From the IMG/VR virus record IMGVR_UViG_3300040985_002016, positions 1-31,938 of that record: DNA of 31,938 nucleotides; one strand, 5' to 3'. Shown piece by piece: positions 1-9,444 of the stretch (the first letter of the stretch is position 1; each line of letters opens with the position of its first letter). The notes below the pieces were generated by a model, which did no database searches, was not told the origin of the DNA, and saw nothing but the letters and a program-made list of their open reading frames with translations. The DNA is from a virus (lineage: Duplodnaviria; Caudoviricetes). The position numbers were made by a program, and so were the translations under genes.

Positions 1-18
1 GATGTGTATAAGAGACAG
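1..18 (+). other. Nextera/Tn5 mosaic-end adapter remnant (library artefact)
   Basis: GATGTGTATAAGAGACAG matches the Tn5 mosaic end minus its first A. Confidence 0.97.
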
Positions 19-95
19 CACCATCTAAAAAACGTGAGCACTGCTCACTCGCGCTGTGGAGCCGTACAAGGCCCAACCCTAGAGAGGAAACGCAC

Positions 96-392
96 ATGAG
101 CAAAGCAAAGGACCGCCTGTCGTGGATGAGCAAGTCTCAGCTCAAAGCAGAGTTACGGATCGCAGAGCGGGCCCTCCTGCTTGCGTTCGCGCGGGCCTAC
201 CCTCCAGGCACCATAGTGGCCCGGAGGTTGCAGGGAAAGGGCCCGCGGGTTGTCGTAGCCCCTCCTCGGGAGAGTCACGACCTCGGGCCCGTCGTGACTC
301 TTGTAGGCCTCCATGACCCGGGCCTGAACTGCTCTGCTGTACAGCTGACCGACATCGAGCCATGGGACGGCACGCCAGGGGCGCCCACATGA
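96..392 (+). CDS. hypothetical protein
   Basis: 98-aa ORF with AGAGGA upstream; its stop overlaps the next ATG (ATGA 389-392). Confidence 0.6.
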   Translation: MSKAKDRLSWMSKSQLKAELRIAERALLLAFARAYPPGTIVARRLQGKGPRVVVAPPRESHDLGPVVTLVGLHDPGLNCSAVQLTDIEPWDGTPGAPT

Positions 393-589
393 GCAGCGAC
401 CTTTCCGCGTGCTGTACCCGCCCGAACGCGCATCTCGTCGCAGAGACCATGTGCAACGGCATCCGGCGCCCGATGTTCCAGTGCCAGACCTGCGGAGCAG
501 GAGGTCGGTACGTGCGGAGGGACCAGGCCCCTCACGTCGATGACCTGCCCCCGAAGATTGAGCCAGTATGGCCCGTGCCGCTACACTGA
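389..589 (+). CDS. small Cys-rich (zinc-ribbon-like) protein
   Basis: ATGA-coupled start; CC and CQTC motifs. Confidence 0.5.
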   Translation: MSSDLSACCTRPNAHLVAETMCNGIRRPMFQCQTCGAGGRYVRRDQAPHVDDLPPKIEPVWPVPLH

Positions 590-593
590 GCCC

Positions 594-908
594 ATGAAAC
601 GCATCGCACTCCTACGTAAGCAGCTCGCTGGCGCCCTCGAGGACGTGGACGAAAGCAGCGGGATCGCCCGGGTTCAGACGCGCAAGCTCGTCCTATCCAT
701 CTCCGCAGAGCTCGAGGACCTGCTACAGGAGCAGCGCCAGAAGCGCGAGGCCAAGAAGGCCCAGGCCCTAGCCTCCTCGGATGTTGTGGAGGCCCTCTGC
801 GCCGAGATAGCCCGCATGCCCCACGCCCACCTGGAGGCCATCTACGATACCGCCTCTAGGGCCCTGGGCCTCTCTACAGCAGCCCCCGCACTCAAGGTGG
901 TCGGATGA
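594..908 (+). CDS. putative terminase small subunit
   Basis: Helical 104-aa protein upstream of TerL. The call is positional only; the duplication scar shows its 3' end was linked to terL through a single intervening gene. Confidence 0.45.
   Translation: MKRIALLRKQLAGALEDVDESSGIARVQTRKLVLSISAELEDLLQEQRQKREAKKAQALASSDVVEALCAEIARMPHAHLEAIYDTASRALGLSTAAPALKVVG
833..908 (+). repeat. 76-bp direct repeat, copy 1 (copy 2 at 1464-1539)
   Basis: 73/76 identical by manual comparison. Confidence 0.95.
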
Positions 909-1438
909 GCATTCAGCCTTCTTTGGGCTTCGCCGGTGTCTGGAGAGCAACCTCGGGGCACGACGCCCAGGCGCTGGCCCTGGTTGACGGCTCTGCTGTG
1001 GGGGCTCCTCCGCACTACTCCCGGAGGAGCCCGGGGAGCCGGTCCTTTACAGGGATCGGGCGAGAGATCGTCCTGGTGCATAAGACGGGGCGCGCCGTGT
1101 GGTCTGTGGTGCTGCAAAGAACCCCCGCCCCAAAAGGCACCGGAAAGAGCAGAGGGAGAGAGGGCCCCACGCCTCAGGGTCGATGGCTGTGGCGCAACAA
1201 CGTGTTCCGGAACGAAGGTGCCGGCCTTTCTTCCACACTCATTGCAGAAGCGACAGAAGCGACCCACGTCTTGTGGGCGAGAAAGTATGGCACCGTGCCA
1301 GAGGCAAGAATGCGCACGGAGGTGCGCATCTCGGCGGTGAAGTCGACGAACCCGGGGTTCTGCTACCTGGCCGCTGGATGGGTCCGGGCCCCGTGTCAGA
1401 GAAAAGGATACCGGTATTTCTGGGAGCCCGAGCGGTGA
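905..1438 (+). CDS. Mom-like GNAT-fold protein (putative DNA modification)
   Basis: HYSRR, FRNE..LSSxLIxEA and C-terminal NPGFCYLAAGW resemble the Mom-type GxxYxAxGW ending. Confidence 0.5.
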   Translation: MSIQPSLGFAGVWRATSGHDAQALALVDGSAVGAPPHYSRRSPGSRSFTGIGREIVLVHKTGRAVWSVVLQRTPAPKGTGKSRGREGPTPQGRWLWRNNVFRNEGAGLSSTLIAEATEATHVLWARKYGTVPEARMRTEVRISAVKSTNPGFCYLAAGWVRAPCQRKGYRYFWEPER

Positions 1439-1539
1439 GCCTGCGCGCCCTGGAGCTGGCGCGGGAGGCCATCTACGATACCGCCTCTAGGGCCCTGGGC
1501 CTCTCCACAGCAACGCCCGCACTCAAGGTGGTCGGATGA
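1435..1539 (+). CDS. 34-aa chimeric mini-ORF (TerL N-terminus plus putative TerS C-terminus)
   Basis: 1435-1471 is identical to 1727-1763, and 1464-1539 matches 833-908; the fusion is in frame. Confidence 0.6.
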   Translation: MSLRALELAREAIYDTASRALGLSTATPALKVVG

Positions 1540-1730
1540 TTCAACCGATACGGAAGGTAGAGAGGCTGGTGGTTTCGTACCCCACACACCAAGATCCCTC
1601 TGCCCCAACATGCTGGGGCGCTCCCAGCGGGGAGCGCTGGGAGCCTGAAACTGTTGTCGCAACTCCGGGGGGGCTCTGCATAGTGTGGGTGCGGTTTGCG
1701 CCAGACCCTGATCCCTTTGAGAAGATGTGA
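1536..1730 (+). CDS. hypothetical protein
   Basis: 64 aa, ATGA/GTGA-coupled at both ends. Confidence 0.6.
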   Translation: MIQPIRKVERLVVSYPTHQDPSAPTCWGAPSGERWEPETVVATPGGLCIVWVRFAPDPDPFEKM

Positions 1731-3157
1731 GCCTGCGCGCCCTGGAGCTGGCGCGGGAGGCCAATGCGCGGACGGATATCGACCCGGTTCGCGCCGTTAG
1801 GTGGCTGCCCCTACAGGCCGAGTTCCTGGCGGACTGCAGCCGTAACCAGATCTTCCGCGCTGGGAACCAGACGATCGGCAAGACGTGGGCGGGCCTTGAG
1901 AAGGGCATCCGGCACGCCATCGGGGCCACGGACTACGACGCGCCTGCCCCTCCCGTGGAGGGTTGGCTCATCTGCGCCAGCTACTCCCAGAGCCTGGCCA
2001 TCCAGGAGAAGCTTTGGAAGCTCACACCTAAGCACCTGATTGACCCGGAGTGCACATGGGATCCCCGCAAGGGGATCCAGGGCCGACACCCTTGCCTTCT
2101 GTTCAAGAACGGCTCCCGCATCTGGGTCAAGACCACCCACCAGAAGGGCCTTGACCTCGCCGGCGCCACAATCGACTGGGCAATGTTCGACGAGCCGCCC
2201 ACGTCACAGCGCACCTATGCGGAGGTCTGCAAGCGCGTATCCCGCCGCAAGGGATGGGTCTGGCTCACCATGACCCCGATCAACGCCCGAGTGGACTGGA
2301 TCAAGCAGCTGGTGGAGGAGGGCAAGCTTGTTGAGCACTGGCGCAAGCTCACCCCGGCGGAGATGATCCCCGTCGGCTCCTCCCTGCCCCTCACCCTTCC
2401 CGACGGCACGCCCTGCGACCAGGAGTGGATAACAGGCCTGGAGGCGGACTCCTTCACTCATGAGGTCGACGTAGTGGTACACGGGGGGTGGGAGCTCCGC
2501 GCTTACGAGCAGCTGTTCTCCGCCTTCCGTCCACACATGATCGTCGACGACTTCCCGGCCGGGGACCTGGAGCTCCGCTTCGGGCGTGACCATGGCTCCG
2601 GCAAGACCTTCTCCTCAACCGCCAACGTGCTCGGCATCGGCGAGGACCGCGTGCATACCGTCCTCGCAGAGTCCGTCAGTGGAGGGGAGACAACCGACCT
2701 GCAGGACGCCCAGGCCGATCTGCGCATGCTCACCCGCCTGGGCATCGGATGGTCGCAGCTGCACCGGGCCTATGGAGACAGGGCTTGGCAGGCCAAGTCG
2801 TCGCGCCGCTGGGCGACCAAGAGCAACGCGCAGCACATGGCCGCTCTGGAGACCGCGCTCCAGATTCGAGCCATGGGAGACCGGGGGGGGCTGTCACCAC
2901 GCCTCCAGACCGTCAAGAGGGGCAAAGGGGGAGGGCCGGGCTCGGTCCACTTCGGCAACCTGTACCTGCATCAGCTCATGGTGCGCGACCGCTTCAGGGT
3001 GCACCGATCGTGCGAGCACACGGTGGAGGCCCTGCTCTCCTGGACAGGCAAGGACGACAAGCACAAGCATCACATAGACCGGATACGATATGCTCTGGAT
3101 GATCGTATCCAACGCTTCCGCGCGTCGCGCCCGGCTCCCGGGGTGCGGTTCAACTGA
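1727..3157 (+). CDS. terL: terminase large subunit
   Basis: Walker A AGNQTIGKT, Walker B WAMFDEP, motif III TMTP, nuclease FGRDHG and HHIDRIRYA. Confidence 0.92.
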   Translation: MSLRALELAREANARTDIDPVRAVRWLPLQAEFLADCSRNQIFRAGNQTIGKTWAGLEKGIRHAIGATDYDAPAPPVEGWLICASYSQSLAIQEKLWKLTPKHLIDPECTWDPRKGIQGRHPCLLFKNGSRIWVKTTHQKGLDLAGATIDWAMFDEPPTSQRTYAEVCKRVSRRKGWVWLTMTPINARVDWIKQLVEEGKLVEHWRKLTPAEMIPVGSSLPLTLPDGTPCDQEWITGLEADSFTHEVDVVVHGGWELRAYEQLFSAFRPHMIVDDFPAGDLELRFGRDHGSGKTFSSTANVLGIGEDRVHTVLAESVSGGETTDLQDAQADLRMLTRLGIGWSQLHRAYGDRAWQAKSSRRWATKSNAQHMAALETALQIRAMGDRGGLSPRLQTVKRGKGGGPGSVHFGNLYLHQLMVRDRFRVHRSCEHTVEALLSWTGKDDKHKHHIDRIRYALDDRIQRFRASRPAPGVRFN

Positions 3158-3172
3158 CCCGAGGCCCTCAAC

Positions 3173-4606
3173 ATGGTAGCACCAGCTGACGCGCAGAAGC
3201 CAGAGCCAGAAGCCCAGGAAGACAAGGACCGTTGGCGGCTGCTCGCCGGGTACAGGCGCATGGTAGAGGGCCGCTGGACGGGAGACCTCGGAGAGAGGTT
3301 GGCGGGGAAGCTCTCCCGGGTGCGCTACTCGGTCATGCCCGAGCCCGACACCAGCCGCAACACCTTCCGCGCCGTCTGGGATGCCTTGGCGGTGAGCTAC
3401 GTGCGTAAGCCAGTTGTGCGCCATGTGGCCGAGCAGGCGAACGCAGAGACGGGCCTCATCGCGGTGATGGTGAAGAGCGGATATTGGGCGCTCATGGCCG
3501 GCACCGGGGAGCGCGACCTCTACGCCTATCGGGACCTGCCTATCCGCGTGGACGTTACCCCGAGCGGGGAGCTCGTCCATCGCATCGCCTACCCTGACCA
3601 TGTCGTCACCCGTCCAGATCCGCGGGTGCCACATCGCGCCGTGAGGGTTGAGGAGCTCGTTCCACGCCTAGGGCCGACCGGCGAGGGCGTGTGGGTGTGG
3701 GAGATCCTGGACATCTCCGATCCTGCGGCGCCCCTCTACCAGCTGTTCGACGGAGAGCACAAGGAGGACCTCACCACGGAGCACCTGGGAGCGCCTCAGT
3801 CCGGCGACGCCTACCCCTACCGCCTTGCAGACGGTACGCCCATCCTGCCTTACGCCTTCGGCCATGCAGAGCGCCGCTCCTGCATGTGGGGAAGCTGGGC
3901 AAACAACGAACTGTACACTGGCACGCTGGAGATCGGCTGCAAGTGGACGTACATTAATCACGTCGAGTTCAACGCCGCGCACCCGCAGCGTTACGGCATC
4001 GGCGTGGCGCCGTCAGGTACCTCTCTCCTCGATGCGTCGGGCACCGGCACACAGCGCCGCGCTGTCGAGGCGGATCCCGCGGTCCTGCTCATGTTCGAGG
4101 CCGCGGAGGGATTCGAGGGCCAGCCGACGCTGAGTCAGTTCAACCCGGCCGCAGACCTCCCGGCCATGGTAGCTGCGGCCGGGGTATACGAGCGAGGCGT
4201 TGTCGCTATGGCTCCTGGAGTGGTAGCCACAGACTTCCAGCGGATGTCTGGGGACCCCCGCTCCGGTTATGCCCTTGCCCTCTCTCGCGAAGGCACCAGG
4301 GAGACCCAGCTCCACCAGGAACCTCAGCTGCGCCTGATGGACCTCGAGGTACTCCGCATCTCCGCCGCCCTGCTCAACCGTCACACGGGGTCGAGCCACC
4401 CCGAGGAGGGGTACACCATCGAGTATGTGTCCCTGCCCCTGTCGCCAAAGGAGCTCCAAGAGCAGGCGGATTACCTGTTGGGCCTCGTGGACCGCAACTT
4501 GCTGTCCATCACGCAGGCCTTTCAGATCATGCACCGGGGCGCGTCTGACGAAGATGCGGCTATGGCGCTGTCGAGGAACAGAGTTATCAACGACCGATTC
4601 AGGTAG
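3173..4606 (+). CDS. portal protein
   Basis: 477 aa directly after TerL; SGYAL motif followed by helices typical of portals. Confidence 0.8.
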   Translation: MVAPADAQKPEPEAQEDKDRWRLLAGYRRMVEGRWTGDLGERLAGKLSRVRYSVMPEPDTSRNTFRAVWDALAVSYVRKPVVRHVAEQANAETGLIAVMVKSGYWALMAGTGERDLYAYRDLPIRVDVTPSGELVHRIAYPDHVVTRPDPRVPHRAVRVEELVPRLGPTGEGVWVWEILDISDPAAPLYQLFDGEHKEDLTTEHLGAPQSGDAYPYRLADGTPILPYAFGHAERRSCMWGSWANNELYTGTLEIGCKWTYINHVEFNAAHPQRYGIGVAPSGTSLLDASGTGTQRRAVEADPAVLLMFEAAEGFEGQPTLSQFNPAADLPAMVAAAGVYERGVVAMAPGVVATDFQRMSGDPRSGYALALSREGTRETQLHQEPQLRLMDLEVLRISAALLNRHTGSSHPEEGYTIEYVSLPLSPKELQEQADYLLGLVDRNLLSITQAFQIMHRGASDEDAAMALSRNRVINDRFR

Positions 4607-4615
4607 GGAGACGCG

Positions 4616-5245
4616 ATGGCCGAGGAAGGGAACGAGGCAAGCAACCGGGCGCCGGAGGCCGAGGCGGAGAAGCGCGTGCCGCTCTCCCGGCTCCGCAAGG
4701 TGACCGAGCAGCGCAAGGCCGCAGAGGCCCGTCTGCAGGAGGCGGAGCGCCAGCTCGACGAGTGGCGTCCCCAGGTCGACGCAGCAAAGACCCTCCGTGG
4801 GCAGATCGAAGAGCTCCAGGGCAAGCTCTCCGCATCCGAGCGCGGCCGCGACACCGACCGCGCCCTTGCTTCCGCAGGCATCACGGACCCATGGGGGGCT
4901 AAGGTGGCCGATCTCTTCTACTCGGGCTTGCCTGAGGAGAACAAGCCCAGCCTCACGGACTGGCTCGCGGACCTGAAGGAGAAGCCTGACACGGCCCCTG
5001 CAGGGCTCAGGGTCTACCTGGCGGGGCCTGAAGCGCCCGCGGCCACAGAAGCCACAGAAAGCGCCCCGCGGCAGCCAGCAGCACAGCCAGCGCCCTCGCG
5101 CCTACCCGACACCGGGCGCACCCGCGCGGCGCCCGCTTCGCCAACGGCGAGACAGTTCAGGCCTGGCGACATCTCCAAGATGAGCAAGGAGGAGATCCTT
5201 GCGAACATGGACGCGATCCTTGCGCAGTCGCGCGGCAATCGCTAG
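4616..5245 (+). CDS. capsid scaffolding protein
   Basis: VPLSRL plus coiled coil and a Pro/Ala-rich tail; lies between portal and capsid. Confidence 0.8.
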   Translation: MAEEGNEASNRAPEAEAEKRVPLSRLRKVTEQRKAAEARLQEAERQLDEWRPQVDAAKTLRGQIEELQGKLSASERGRDTDRALASAGITDPWGAKVADLFYSGLPEENKPSLTDWLADLKEKPDTAPAGLRVYLAGPEAPAATEATESAPRQPAAQPAPSRLPDTGRTRAAPASPTARQFRPGDISKMSKEEILANMDAILAQSRGNR

Positions 5246-5327
5246 CATGTAGGCAAGAGCCCAGGGTCGCACCCGTTGTCAGCGTAGAGCTCACGAGCAC
5301 CTCTACGCACACAGGACGGCCCAGACC

Positions 5328-6278
5328 ATGGCAACCCAGCTCTACTCGGGCTCTGGAGACTTCACCGTCTCGGAGACCCTCAACCGCCTGATCATCCTCA
5401 GTCTGGCGGACCGCGCCTACGTGGGCAACCACGAGGCCCTGCTCTACGCGGGAGACGCGCAGGGCTCGGGCTCGACGGTCATGAAGATCCCCGAGCTCGG
5501 GCTCGACGGTTACGACTCCCTTGCCGCGCCTGGCGAGAACACCGCGGCCACTGAGACGGCGTTCACCGACACGTCCCACACCATCACGGTGGCACGGCAG
5601 GCTATCACGCGCAACGTTTCCGACCTGCTCCGCATCGTGGACCAGTACGGTGCTGTGAGCGACCCAGCGTCGCTCGTGCGCGATGCGATGTTCTGCGCCT
5701 CCGGCCGGCTCATGGACCTGATCGCAGGCCTGGCCGACAACTTCACGGCGACTGTCGGAACCACCGGCGTTGACCTGGACTTCGACGACCTCATTGAGGC
5801 CGCGATCCTGCTCGACATCGCGAACGCCAACACCGGCCGCAAGATGACCCTCCTGCACTCGCGCCAGTGGGGCGATGTGCAACAGGACGTTGTGGCCAAC
5901 GCGTCCGGCGCACTCGCCGAGAGGGCCGATACACAACAGCTCCTGGACATGAGCGGCGGATCGTTTCGCCAAACCGTCCTGGGCGATATCGACATCTTCG
6001 TCTCCAACCGAGTGGTCGACGCAGGCGCCGACTACAAGGGCGGGATGTGGACCCGGGGCGGGATCCTCTGGGCCGATTCCAGCATTCCGGTCGATCCTAC
6101 GGCTCCGCCCAACAGCTCGATCTATGCCGGGTTCGTCGGCTCCAGCGGCGGGGCCAAGCTCCTCGTCGAGTTCGATCGGGACATCGACAAGTGGATGCGC
6201 AAGACCGTGTACAACGTGGTTCTCGGCGCATCGCAAGGACAGGACTCGGCCGGAGTCACCATCATCTCCGAGGACTAG
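5328..6278 (+). CDS. major capsid protein
   Basis: 316 aa after the scaffold; HK97-fold-like pattern (GSTVMKIP, LLHSRQW, VEFDRD). Confidence 0.85.
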   Translation: MATQLYSGSGDFTVSETLNRLIILSLADRAYVGNHEALLYAGDAQGSGSTVMKIPELGLDGYDSLAAPGENTAATETAFTDTSHTITVARQAITRNVSDLLRIVDQYGAVSDPASLVRDAMFCASGRLMDLIAGLADNFTATVGTTGVDLDFDDLIEAAILLDIANANTGRKMTLLHSRQWGDVQQDVVANASGALAERADTQQLLDMSGGSFRQTVLGDIDIFVSNRVVDAGADYKGGMWTRGGILWADSSIPVDPTAPPNSSIYAGFVGSSGGAKLLVEFDRDIDKWMRKTVYNVVLGASQGQDSAGVTIISED

Positions 6279-6287
6279 GACTAGGCG

Positions 6288-6358
6288 CAGGCCGGGGTCG
6301 CGTAGGCTTTCCGCGTTTCCCCTGGCCGTTGGCCCTGGCCTGTCGTCTTTCGCCTTTC
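6288..6358 (+). terminator. GC-rich hairpin after the capsid gene (possible attenuating terminator)
   Basis: CAGGCCGGGGTC (6288) can pair with GGCCCTGGCCTG (6331-6342) using G-U pairs; the T-tract is weak. Confidence 0.35.
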
Positions 6359-6368
6359 AGGAGGAAAC

Positions 6369-7040
6369 GTGGCAAAAGCAAAGCTCAACGCGGTGCAGAC
6401 TTTCGAGGTCGAGGACGAGCGCAGGGACGGCCCGCCGCCGCCGCTCGTCCCCATCACGGGCAACTGGTGGTACAAGCACCATCCAAAATGTTGGTTCGTC
6501 GGGGACGACCGCGTCCTGCCGGACCTGCGCCGGCTCAAGCGCATCCGAGGCTCTGACAACGTGCTCCCTGATGGGACCATGGCCCTTGCCCGTGCCACGA
6601 GCGAGCAGAAGGGCTGGACCATTCTCGATCACGACTGCGACCCGGACGGCGGCAAGTACATCAAGCGCGCCCGTGTCCGTGGCGGACTGGCGCACATCGA
6701 CGCCTGGACCCAGCTCTTCGGTGGGTCGAAGCGCCGGCGCTTCGACCGAGAGGGCTACTACGCCTTTCTTGGGCGCCTCGTGGACGCGGAGGTGCTCGCG
6801 CCTCCGGCCGTATGGGTGCTCGAGGAGATGGCGGAGACCGCGCAGAGCCGCATTGACCGATGCGTCCGCAAGGGCATCACAGACCCTCGCATGGCGCGAA
6901 GGGCCGAGGTGCACCGCACCCAGCTGGCAGTCATCCAGCGCACCATCACAGAGCTCTACACGGCGCCAGAGCCAGAGCCCCCCAAGCCCAAGCCGACCAA
7001 GCCCAAGACTACGCGCCTCTCCCCCAAGAAGGCAGCATGA
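6369..7040 (+). CDS. hypothetical head-region protein
   Basis: Strong AGGAGG RBS before GTG; 223 aa. Confidence 0.7.
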   Translation: MAKAKLNAVQTFEVEDERRDGPPPPLVPITGNWWYKHHPKCWFVGDDRVLPDLRRLKRIRGSDNVLPDGTMALARATSEQKGWTILDHDCDPDGGKYIKRARVRGGLAHIDAWTQLFGGSKRRRFDREGYYAFLGRLVDAEVLAPPAVWVLEEMAETAQSRIDRCVRKGITDPRMARRAEVHRTQLAVIQRTITELYTAPEPEPPKPKPTKPKTTRLSPKKAA

Positions 7041-7213
7041 GCAAGATCGAGGCAGGTGAGAACAAGCGCGCACGCGCGGCCTACGAGAAGTACGCCGCAG
7101 AGCTCCGCAAGACCGGGGATCCGAACCCAGAGGCCCGAGCGCGCCAGGCCGTACGCCGAGCCATGGGACACGACGAGAAACGACGCAAACGCAACAAGCC
7201 CAAGGATCGATAG
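7037..7213 (+). CDS. small basic hypothetical protein
   Basis: ATGA-coupled; MSKIEAGENK... Confidence 0.55.
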   Translation: MSKIEAGENKRARAAYEKYAAELRKTGDPNPEARARQAVRRAMGHDEKRRKRNKPKDR

Positions 7214-7987
7214 GTGGCCCTGACTGACGGTCAGCACACGGTGAGGCTCCCTCTGCCTCACCTCTTCCAGATCGGCGTAGACACGACGATCAAGGCGCCG
7301 CTGTACGTTGACGGCTCGCTGGTTGCTCCGGACGCGGCCTCTACAGTCCAGATCATCTCCCCCGATGGCACGGACCTGGTAGCCGCAACCACGGTCACAG
7401 TCACCGGCAGCATTGCCGAATACACGCTCTCTGCGGCCTCCTCCGCCGCTCTCTCCCCGGAGGAGGGGTACCAGGTCGAGTGGGTCTTGCTCGTCTCTAC
7501 GGTCCAGGTAGCGAGGGCACGTACAGACGCGGCCACGGTGCGGCGACTGCTCCCTCCGGTCATCACGGACGTGGACATCATCCGCAGGGTCCGGGCGCTC
7601 GACACAAGCCTCGCGGGCACCATCACGACCATGGGCGACTTCCAGGACCCACTGGACGAGGGATGGACCCAGATCCAGGCCAGGCTCTACGCCCAGGGGA
7701 ACCGGCCCAACCTCATCATGAGCCCGAGCTCCCTCCGTGCGGTGCACCTTGCGCTCACCCTTGCGATCATCTTCGAGGACCTCGCGGCGCGGCTCAACGC
7801 GTACGAGGACCGCGCAGCCGCATTCCGTAGGGAGTTCCTGGACGAGTGGAACGCGCTCGTGTTCCTCTACGACGCAGGCGACGACGGCCAGCCCGACGAC
7901 AAGCACCGCCGGCGCGCGGCTGCCCCAAGCCTGTGGCTCGGTGTTGGCCCCTCCTCCGGCGGACGCTGGCGCGAGCCCAAGACGTGA
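7214..7987 (+). CDS. head-tail adaptor with N-terminal beta-sandwich domain
   Basis: Beta-rich N-terminal half and helical connector-like C-terminal half; position in the head-tail block. Confidence 0.6.
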   Translation: MALTDGQHTVRLPLPHLFQIGVDTTIKAPLYVDGSLVAPDAASTVQIISPDGTDLVAATTVTVTGSIAEYTLSAASSAALSPEEGYQVEWVLLVSTVQVARARTDAATVRRLLPPVITDVDIIRRVRALDTSLAGTITTMGDFQDPLDEGWTQIQARLYAQGNRPNLIMSPSSLRAVHLALTLAIIFEDLAARLNAYEDRAAAFRREFLDEWNALVFLYDAGDDGQPDDKHRRRAAAPSLWLGVGPSSGGRWREPKT

Positions 7988-8427
7988 GCGCCATCGAGCC
8001 GACCGCCATCCGCCAGCGCATCGCCACGGCGATCGGAGCTGCGGAGACCGCCTGGCGCGAGACCCGCTTCCCGCTCCCTATGGGGCGCCTGGACTCGAGG
8101 CAGGTAGGTCATGTGGCCTTTGCCGTTGGGTTGGGCGCGACGGCGCCAGGGACCAACGGGCGCAAGAAGACAAGCGCAGGCATTTGCTACGCCTCGACCG
8201 AGATCAACACCTCGATCACCTACACGCTCCAGGCCGGCGCCCTTGTGTCGACCCTCGATGCTGCCATCGACGCAGGCCACGATCTGGTGCGAGCCGTGCT
8301 CACCGCATCACAGTCGGACATCAACCTGGAGTGGCTCAGCACCTCCGCCCCAACCGTCGACGCTGACGGAACCCTTGCCATCATCTCGGCCCGCTTCCGG
8401 GCAACCCACAACTACTCGCTCGCCTAG
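7984..8427 (+). CDS. putative tail terminator/completion protein
   Basis: GTGA-coupled, 147 aa, immediately before the tail tube. Confidence 0.55.
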   Translation: MSAIEPTAIRQRIATAIGAAETAWRETRFPLPMGRLDSRQVGHVAFAVGLGATAPGTNGRKKTSAGICYASTEINTSITYTLQAGALVSTLDAAIDAGHDLVRAVLTASQSDINLEWLSTSAPTVDADGTLAIISARFRATHNYSLA

Positions 8428-8435
8428 GGGCCGAT

Positions 8436-8951
8436 ATGTCCGTCGAAACCCATGTATACAACTTCACCCATGGAACGATCACGTTGATCGATGGGACCTC
8501 GGGCACGCCCATCGAGCTTGTCGTCCCATGCGATGAGGGGACGCTCACGATCGGCCCGCTCATGAAGACCCTTCGTGAGGTCGCCACCTACGAATGCAGA
8601 GGGGCACACAAGAGCTCCGCCTACACCACCCGGATCTACCCAGAGGGGTCCTTCTCGGCCATGGTCGCCGAGTTCACGGACGCCTCCACTGGCGTTGTCG
8701 CAGACTTCGTGCTGCAGCGCGCGGGGTACTCCACGAACGTATCCACGCTCGGAAGCTCTTCGGGCCTGGTCTACATGCTCGATGTGAAATTCGACCTGGA
8801 GATGACCGACCATGGAGGAGACGCAGACGTGTCGTTCACCGCCACGGACTGCCGGATCTCGTTCAATTTCTCCGAGGGAGACCCGTCGACCTTCGCGTTT
8901 AGCTTCAAGGTCCACGGACCGATCACCGGCGATCTCGCCTGTAGCGAGTAG
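8436..8951 (+). CDS. tail tube protein
   Basis: 171-aa beta-rich protein upstream of the chaperone and tape measure genes. Confidence 0.7.
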   Translation: MSVETHVYNFTHGTITLIDGTSGTPIELVVPCDEGTLTIGPLMKTLREVATYECRGAHKSSAYTTRIYPEGSFSAMVAEFTDASTGVVADFVLQRAGYSTNVSTLGSSSGLVYMLDVKFDLEMTDHGGDADVSFTATDCRISFNFSEGDPSTFAFSFKVHGPITGDLACSE

Positions 8952-8959
8952 GAGTCAAG

Positions 8960-9340
8960 ATGAGCAGGGAAACGCAGGAAGTCAGTGCAACGATGGCAGG
9001 GGTTGAGGTGGTCTTCCGGGCCCCTCTCTCAGACTGCGTCGTGAACGATGTGCTCGAGGTGGCAGCCAAGTCGAAGCAGCGGGCCGCGGGCGCTGCGCTT
9101 GGTGTGTGCTGGCGGGGCAAGCGTCGACCGAAGGCGCGCCTGGAGCCTGACTACTCTATGGCCAGGTACGGCGGTGCTGTTTGGGACGAGCTCCGAGGGA
9201 GGGGCCTCTCGAGGGTCGAGGTCATGACCGCAGGCGCGGAGGTCTACGTGATGCTCTCCGAGCTGGATCGCGTGCCGTCTGAAAGCGAGGTCAAAGAGGC
9301 GGAGGGAAACTCCGAAGGAAAGGAGGGCCAGACTTCATGA
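8960..9340 (+). CDS. tail assembly chaperone (gpG-like)
   Basis: Position; ends near ...EGN with the slippery heptamer G GGA AAC. Confidence 0.75.
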   Translation: MSRETQEVSATMAGVEVVFRAPLSDCVVNDVLEVAAKSKQRAAGAALGVCWRGKRRPKARLEPDYSMARYGGAVWDELRGRGLSRVEVMTAGAEVYVMLSELDRVPSESEVKEAEGNSEGKEGQTS

Positions 9341-9444
9341 TCCTAGAGGTGGAGCGCCTGTGGGGGCAGACCCCGGGATGGTTTCACCAGCAGCCCCGCG
9401 AAACACAAGCGGTGCTCCTCGCATGGTACAGGGTGAGGCAGTGA
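9304..9444 (+). CDS. -1 frameshift extension of the tail chaperone (gpGT-like)
   Basis: GGGAAAC at 9304-9310; the -1 frame is open (KLRRKGGPDFMILEVERLWGQTPGWF...WYRVRQ) to TGA 9442-9444. Confidence 0.75.
   Translation, partial: GKLRRKGGPDFMILEVERLWGQTPGWFHQQPRETQAVLLAWYRVRQ

Noticed and set aside
5157-7906. Long overlapping ORFs such as 5157-6236(-), 6124-7059(+) and 6956-7906(-)
   Set aside because: Shadow ORFs of high-GC coding sequence overlapping well-supported structural genes.
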